A stretch of DNA of 58,298 bases from a virus (taxonomy: Duplodnaviria; Caudoviricetes): IMG/VR virus record IMGVR_UViG_3300026333_000001, positions 1 to 58,298 of that record; one strand, written 5' to 3'. The notes under the pieces were generated by a model. The model worked only from the letters and a program-made list of their open reading frames with translations, was not told the DNA's origin and made no database searches. Positions 54,880 through 58,298 of the stretch are shown in pieces. The translations under genes and the position numbers were made by a program. How positions within the stretch are numbered: position 1 is the first letter of the stretch; each line of letters begins with the position of its first letter.

Positions 54880-55929
54880 TTAGCTCATGTCCCAGCCGAC
54901 GGGGTCCGTGCCGTCGTCGAGGCGGGTCAGGCTGACCCAGTCGCCGTCGGCCGGGGTCTTGAACGCCTGCACCGTCTTGCGCGGCCACGAGTCCGTGGTC
55001 GAGGCGGGGCCGCCGACCTTCAGGTCGTAGACCTCCCCGGAACCGGCCTTGTGGTGAAACGCCACCCGCACCTCGGCGGGCTTCGGGTTGTCGTAGACCA
55101 GGCCGATGGCCTTCTCCGCGCCGTGCGGGAAGGAGATGTTGGCCTTGGCGCCTTTACCCGCCGGGAGCTGTCCGCCGTAGGGCATGTCTTCCTCCTGAGG
55201 AGTGGGTGAGGGTGTGGGCTGCGGGACGGGCGCGTGCCCGCCGTGGGCGAGCTGGTCGAGGGGTAGCCACGACACCGATGCGTCGAGGCCGTTGAAGTTG
55301 TCGGTGAACTGCCAGATGTGCGGCCGGGACCAGCCAGTCGTGTTCACCGACGGCAGCGACGGCGTGAAGTTCGGCGGCCACAGCGAGGCGGCCCGCGCGA
55401 TCGGCACCTTCCGCGGTGCGTCGGCGCTGCGCGGGTGGATGCCGCGGGCCCGCATCGCCAGGTGCCGCACGCGGGCCAACAGGTACTTACTCGGATACTG
55501 CGGGAACCACCACAGGTTGAAATGCTGCGACAGGTCCCGGCCGGTGTTGTTGGCGACGTAGCCGCGGCCGAGGTAGGCGCCGGTCGCCAGCCAGTCCGCC
55601 TCGGACCACAGCTCATCACCGAAGTCGCGAGCCCACCGGTTCGTGTCGGCCTGGTTCAGCTTTGAGGCTTCGAGGTCGAGCCAGGCGACCTCGCCCCGCA
55701 CCGGCTGTACGACGTCGAGGAAGCGGCGACACTGGGACTTCGCGCTGGATTGTTCCGGCCGGGCGAAGTGGTAAGCGCCGCGGACCTTCGCCCTGCTCTT
55801 GGCGCTCGCGTACTGCGCACCGAACTTCGAGGACGTGTACCCGCTGCCCTCGGTCGCCTTGATGAAGTCGAAGTCGCCACTCGGCGCCGTGGCGCCCTGG
55901 AACGCGCTCACATCGAAGCCGTGCAGCAT
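54880..55929 (-). CDS. Endolysin, GH25 muramidase
   Basis: GFDVSAFQG, FIKATEG, GAYHFARP, WLDLE, IWQFT. Confidence 0.92.
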   Translation of the reverse strand: MLHGFDVSAFQGATAPSGDFDFIKATEGSGYTSSKFGAQYASAKSRAKVRGAYHFARPEQSSAKSQCRRFLDVVQPVRGEVAWLDLEASKLNQADTNRWARDFGDELWSEADWLATGAYLGRGYVANNTGRDLSQHFNLWWFPQYPSKYLLARVRHLAMRARGIHPRSADAPRKVPIARAASLWPPNFTPSLPSVNTTGWSRPHIWQFTDNFNGLDASVSWLPLDQLAHGGHAPVPQPTPSPTPQEEDMPYGGQLPAGKGAKANISFPHGAEKAIGLVYDNPKPAEVRVAFHHKAGSGEVYDLKVGGPASTTDSWPRKTVQAFKTPADGDWVSLTRLDDGTDPVGWDMS

Positions 55930-56165
55930 CACACACCCCTCCAATACGGCGAATCGCCGCCCGTCCAGAAGCCGTGGATCCCGCAGTTGCCGCAGAGGAT
56001 CGACGGTGTCAGGCCGCCGTCGGCAGTCCACTGCCAGCCCTGCGAGCCGAGCGGCAGCGTCACGCGGCCCACCGGGTCGAACTCCGGCGGTTTGGCCGGG
56101 CAGTGGTGCACCCAGACCGGGTGCCCGTCCTCGTCACGTTCGACGTGCGGCTCAACGGTCGCCAT
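55929..56165 (-). CDS. DUF6527-like small Cys/His protein
   Basis: HHCP...LTPSILCGNCGIHGFW..G...W. Confidence 0.65.
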   Translation of the reverse strand: MATVEPHVERDEDGHPVWVHHCPAKPPEFDPVGRVTLPLGSQGWQWTADGGLTPSILCGNCGIHGFWTGGDSPYWRGV

Positions 56166-56168
56166 CGT

Positions 56169-56693
56169 TCAGCCCATCCAGCAGGAGTCGCCGACGCGCA
56201 CGACGGGCGTCGGAGTGGGGGGCGGCGCCGGGACGGCAGGCCAGGCCGGGTCGCCGTAGCCGAGCACGTCGCTCTTGTTGCGGGTGCGGGTCGCGCACTG
56301 CCCGCCGAGGGTGTTGAACTCGACGGTCGTGATGGTGCCGTTGCCGTTGTCCTTCAGGCACGCCCCGACGTGCTCAGGGTCGCCGGAGCGGTTGAAGTCG
56401 AAGAACACGATCCGCCCGCGCGCGGCCGTCTTCGAGGAGCGGCCGATCTTCTTCCAGTGCTGCCACCACGACGGCACCCACGCCCACGCCTTGTCCACCC
56501 CGCCGAGCACGGCGAGCTGGCCGGTCTGGTCGGCGCACCACAGCAGACCCATGGCGCAGAAGTCACCGTCGTCGTAGGCGGGGCTGTGGACCTGGTCGCC
56601 GAACCACGTCCCGTACTTCGTGCTGCCGTCGGCGTGCACGCAGCGGCCGCGCTGGGACAGGGCCATGGTCAGGAACGCCTCGCGTCCGCTCAT
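56169..56693 (-). CDS. CHAP-domain peptidoglycan hydrolase
   Basis: TKYG.WFG...FCAMGL.WC...IVFFD.....EHVG.....TVEFNT...VLGYG.P.W. Confidence 0.85.
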   Translation of the reverse strand: MSGREAFLTMALSQRGRCVHADGSTKYGTWFGDQVHSPAYDDGDFCAMGLLWCADQTGQLAVLGGVDKAWAWVPSWWQHWKKIGRSSKTAARGRIVFFDFNRSGDPEHVGACLKDNGNGTITTVEFNTLGGQCATRTRNKSDVLGYGDPAWPAVPAPPPTPTPVVRVGDSCWMG

Positions 56694-56707
56694 CTGGAAC
56701 CCCACCC

Positions 56708-56881
56708 CTACCTGAGCGTGGTCTGGTAGGGGCGCCCCTTGTCCGCGCCGGGCTGGTTCTCCAGCTTGGTGCAGTGTCGTGAAGCACCCCGGTTCGTGTA
56801 GAAGTGCCCGTGCTCACTCACCACGGTGCCGGTACGGCAGTCGACCCGGATGACCTTCAGCTTCGAGAATGGTTTGTTCAT
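56708..56881 (-). CDS. Small hypothetical protein (57 aa)
   Basis: MNKPFSKLKVIRVDC...; AGGAGG RBS. Confidence 0.55.
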   Translation of the reverse strand: MNKPFSKLKVIRVDCRTGTVVSEHGHFYTNRGASRHCTKLENQPGADKGRPYQTTLR

Positions 56882-56897
56882 GTGGAACCTCCTACGG

Positions 56898-57410
56898 TCA
56901 TTGGTCGGCGGTGCAGATCACGGCGTCCCGCGGGCCGTCGCCGGTCACCACCGTGGTGTGTGTCGCGTGGAAGCCATCAGGGCAGGCCGGGCCGGGAGCG
57001 CCGTCTTTGCCGTCGGTGCCGTCTTTGCCGTCCGCACCATCGGCGCCCGGCGGTCCCGCAGGACCGGCAGGGCCGGATGGTCCTGGAGGACCGGTCGGCC
57101 CCGCCATGCCCGGCCGCCCGCTGGTACCCGACGGCCCCGACGGTCCGGGTGACCCCGAGCGGCCAGGGTTGCCGGGGTTGCCGGGGGCGCCGGGCGGGCC
57201 AGGGTTTCCCGTCGGGCCCGGCAGCGGTGACACCTTCGGGACGATGTTGTGGTCACGCAACTGCTTGGCGAGGGTCTGGTTGTCCCGCCGCGCCTGCCCG
57301 AGCCGCTGGCCCAGGTTCTGCAACTGCAGGTACATCAGGCCGAGCAGCGCGGCGACGACGACGGCGAACAGCAGGGCAGGCAGATACACCGGAGGGCGGA
57401 AACGTCTCAT
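56898..57410 (-). CDS. Membrane-anchored collagen-like (Gly-X-Y) protein
   Basis: N-terminal TM, coiled coil, long GPxGPx repeat, C-terminal CP.G....C. Confidence 0.85.
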   Translation of the reverse strand: MRRFRPPVYLPALLFAVVVAALLGLMYLQLQNLGQRLGQARRDNQTLAKQLRDHNIVPKVSPLPGPTGNPGPPGAPGNPGNPGRSGSPGPSGPSGTSGRPGMAGPTGPPGPSGPAGPAGPPGADGADGKDGTDGKDGAPGPACPDGFHATHTTVVTGDGPRDAVICTADQ

Positions 57411-57730
57411 GGGGTGCCCTTGCTTCGCAGGTACGAGCTGATCAGCAGCAGGAACAGGGGCGCGATGATCGAGGTGAACAACGCCGCCCAGATCATGCGG
57501 CGGTCGCTGGCCCGCTGTTGTTTGTCGGTCTTGCGTTCGGCCCTGATCTCGCTGATGTCCTTCTCGTGCTCCTCGTGGCGGCTGCGGTCGGCTTCGAGGT
57601 GCGCGTTGAACAGGTCCACTGAGACGTGCTTGTCCAGGCGCTGGTTGAGGCCCTTGAACCCCTCGCGCATGTCCTCGCGGATCGCGGCGAGGGTGCGCTG
57701 CAGCTCCCACGGGGAAGGCTCATCGGCCAC
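57407..57730 (-). CDS. Coiled-coil protein with C-terminal TM (lysis-associated)
   Basis: EPSPWEL.R.L...REDMR.GF...; [20 protein letters not shown]. Confidence 0.75.
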   Translation of the reverse strand: MADEPSPWELQRTLAAIREDMREGFKGLNQRLDKHVSVDLFNAHLEADRSRHEEHEKDISEIRAERKTDKQQRASDRRMIWAALFTSIIAPLFLLLISSYLRSKGTP

Positions 57731-58288
57731 TCAGACCCCCATCCACACGATCTCGATGCGGGACTGCGCCCCGGCGGTGGTCTGCCAGGTCAGGTTCGCG
57801 GCCGGTTCGCTGGACAGGAACACGTCGATGCTGATCTGGTCGCCGACGTTGAGGTACGCCTCCCAGAAGCCGGAGACGGCTTTCGGGTCCGCGGCGCCGG
57901 TCGGGATGAAGACCTCCGGGCCTTCCCAGCCTGCTGTGCCGAAGCCGGTCGGGGATGCGCCGTTCACGGCCAGGGCGGGGATCAGGATGGTGTTCGCGGC
58001 GCCGGTCCCTGCCACGGACGCGGTCGCGCAGATGGCGTACCAGCCGGGCGCCTGCACCGTGTAGACCGTGGGGGTCCCGCCCGACCATCCGGCGTAGGGG
58101 TCCTCATCGACGGTGTCCCAGGGGATGAGGGTGTGCGCGTTCTTGGTGACGGTGCCGGTCGCGGCGCGTCTGGCCCGGAAGACGGACTTGGCGAGCAGGA
58201 ACTGCAGCGCCTGCGCCATGACGTTGAGCTGCGGCGTGGACTGTACGCCCGGGTAGAACACCGGCACGGCCGGGGGCTGCAGGCTCAT
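57731..58288 (-). CDS. Minor tail protein, paralogous to the repeats in 3..1256
   Basis: IPWDTVDED.Y.GW.....YTVQAPGWY.I.A...LNVGD.I.I...WMG. Confidence 0.7.
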   Translation of the reverse strand: MSLQPPAVPVFYPGVQSTPQLNVMAQALQFLLAKSVFRARRAATGTVTKNAHTLIPWDTVDEDPYAGWSGGTPTVYTVQAPGWYAICATASVAGTGAANTILIPALAVNGASPTGFGTAGWEGPEVFIPTGAADPKAVSGFWEAYLNVGDQISIDVFLSSEPAANLTWQTTAGAQSRIEIVWMGV

Positions 58289-58298
58289 TGCGCCATCC

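Larger units (their letters stand above)
1..58298. mobile_element. Complete temperate actinobacteriophage genome (siphovirus-like), circularly permuted, excised form
   Basis: Full set of terminase, portal, capsid, tail, lysis, integrase, repressor and replication genes; 16-bp terminal overlap; intact attP beside the integrase; no host housekeeping genes. Confidence 0.95.

Noticed and set aside
56990-57225. Tandem DNA repeat element
   Set aside because: Explained by collagen Gly-X-Y coding.
58283-58298. Biological terminal repeat or cos end
   Set aside because: It falls at a tail-gene junction far from terS; most simply an assembly circularisation overlap.

Overview
The window is an apparently complete, circularly permuted genome (about 58.3 kb, high GC) of a temperate siphovirus-like phage of a filamentous actinomycete. 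Bases 1-16 are repeated at 58283-58298 and join two tail genes through an ATGA overlap. An intact attP (3' half of tRNA-Ile(GAT)) lies next to the tyrosine integrase, so this is the excised or circular form. The minus strand carries cro/antirepressor/xis, a long early region (BldC-like, ERF, HNH, three DNA methyltransferases, two WhiB-like genes, a replication initiator with an internal iteron/DnaA-box origin), then terminase, portal, head, tail and a multi-enzyme lysis cassette. The plus strand carries the repressor, the integrase and, beyond attP, about 9 kb of accessory DNA. The most striking feature is in that accessory DNA: an apparently intact Streptomyces-plasmid/AICE-type dsDNA conjugation module (divergent RHH Kor-like repressor with two palindromic operators, small membrane proteins, HU, DUF2637/SpdA-like protein, FtsK/SpoIIIE TraB-like translocase, clt-like repeats). 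This makes the element a candidate phage-AICE hybrid or conjugative phage. Other notable signals are a 30-bp palindrome inside a ParB-HTH-MT-A70 gene, direct repeats at early-gene junctions, a recoded terL 3' end next to a free-standing HNH, two mini-DUF397 peptides, and basic or peptidoglycan-binding genes in the head module. All family assignments come from motif recognition and synteny by eye; no database searches were run.
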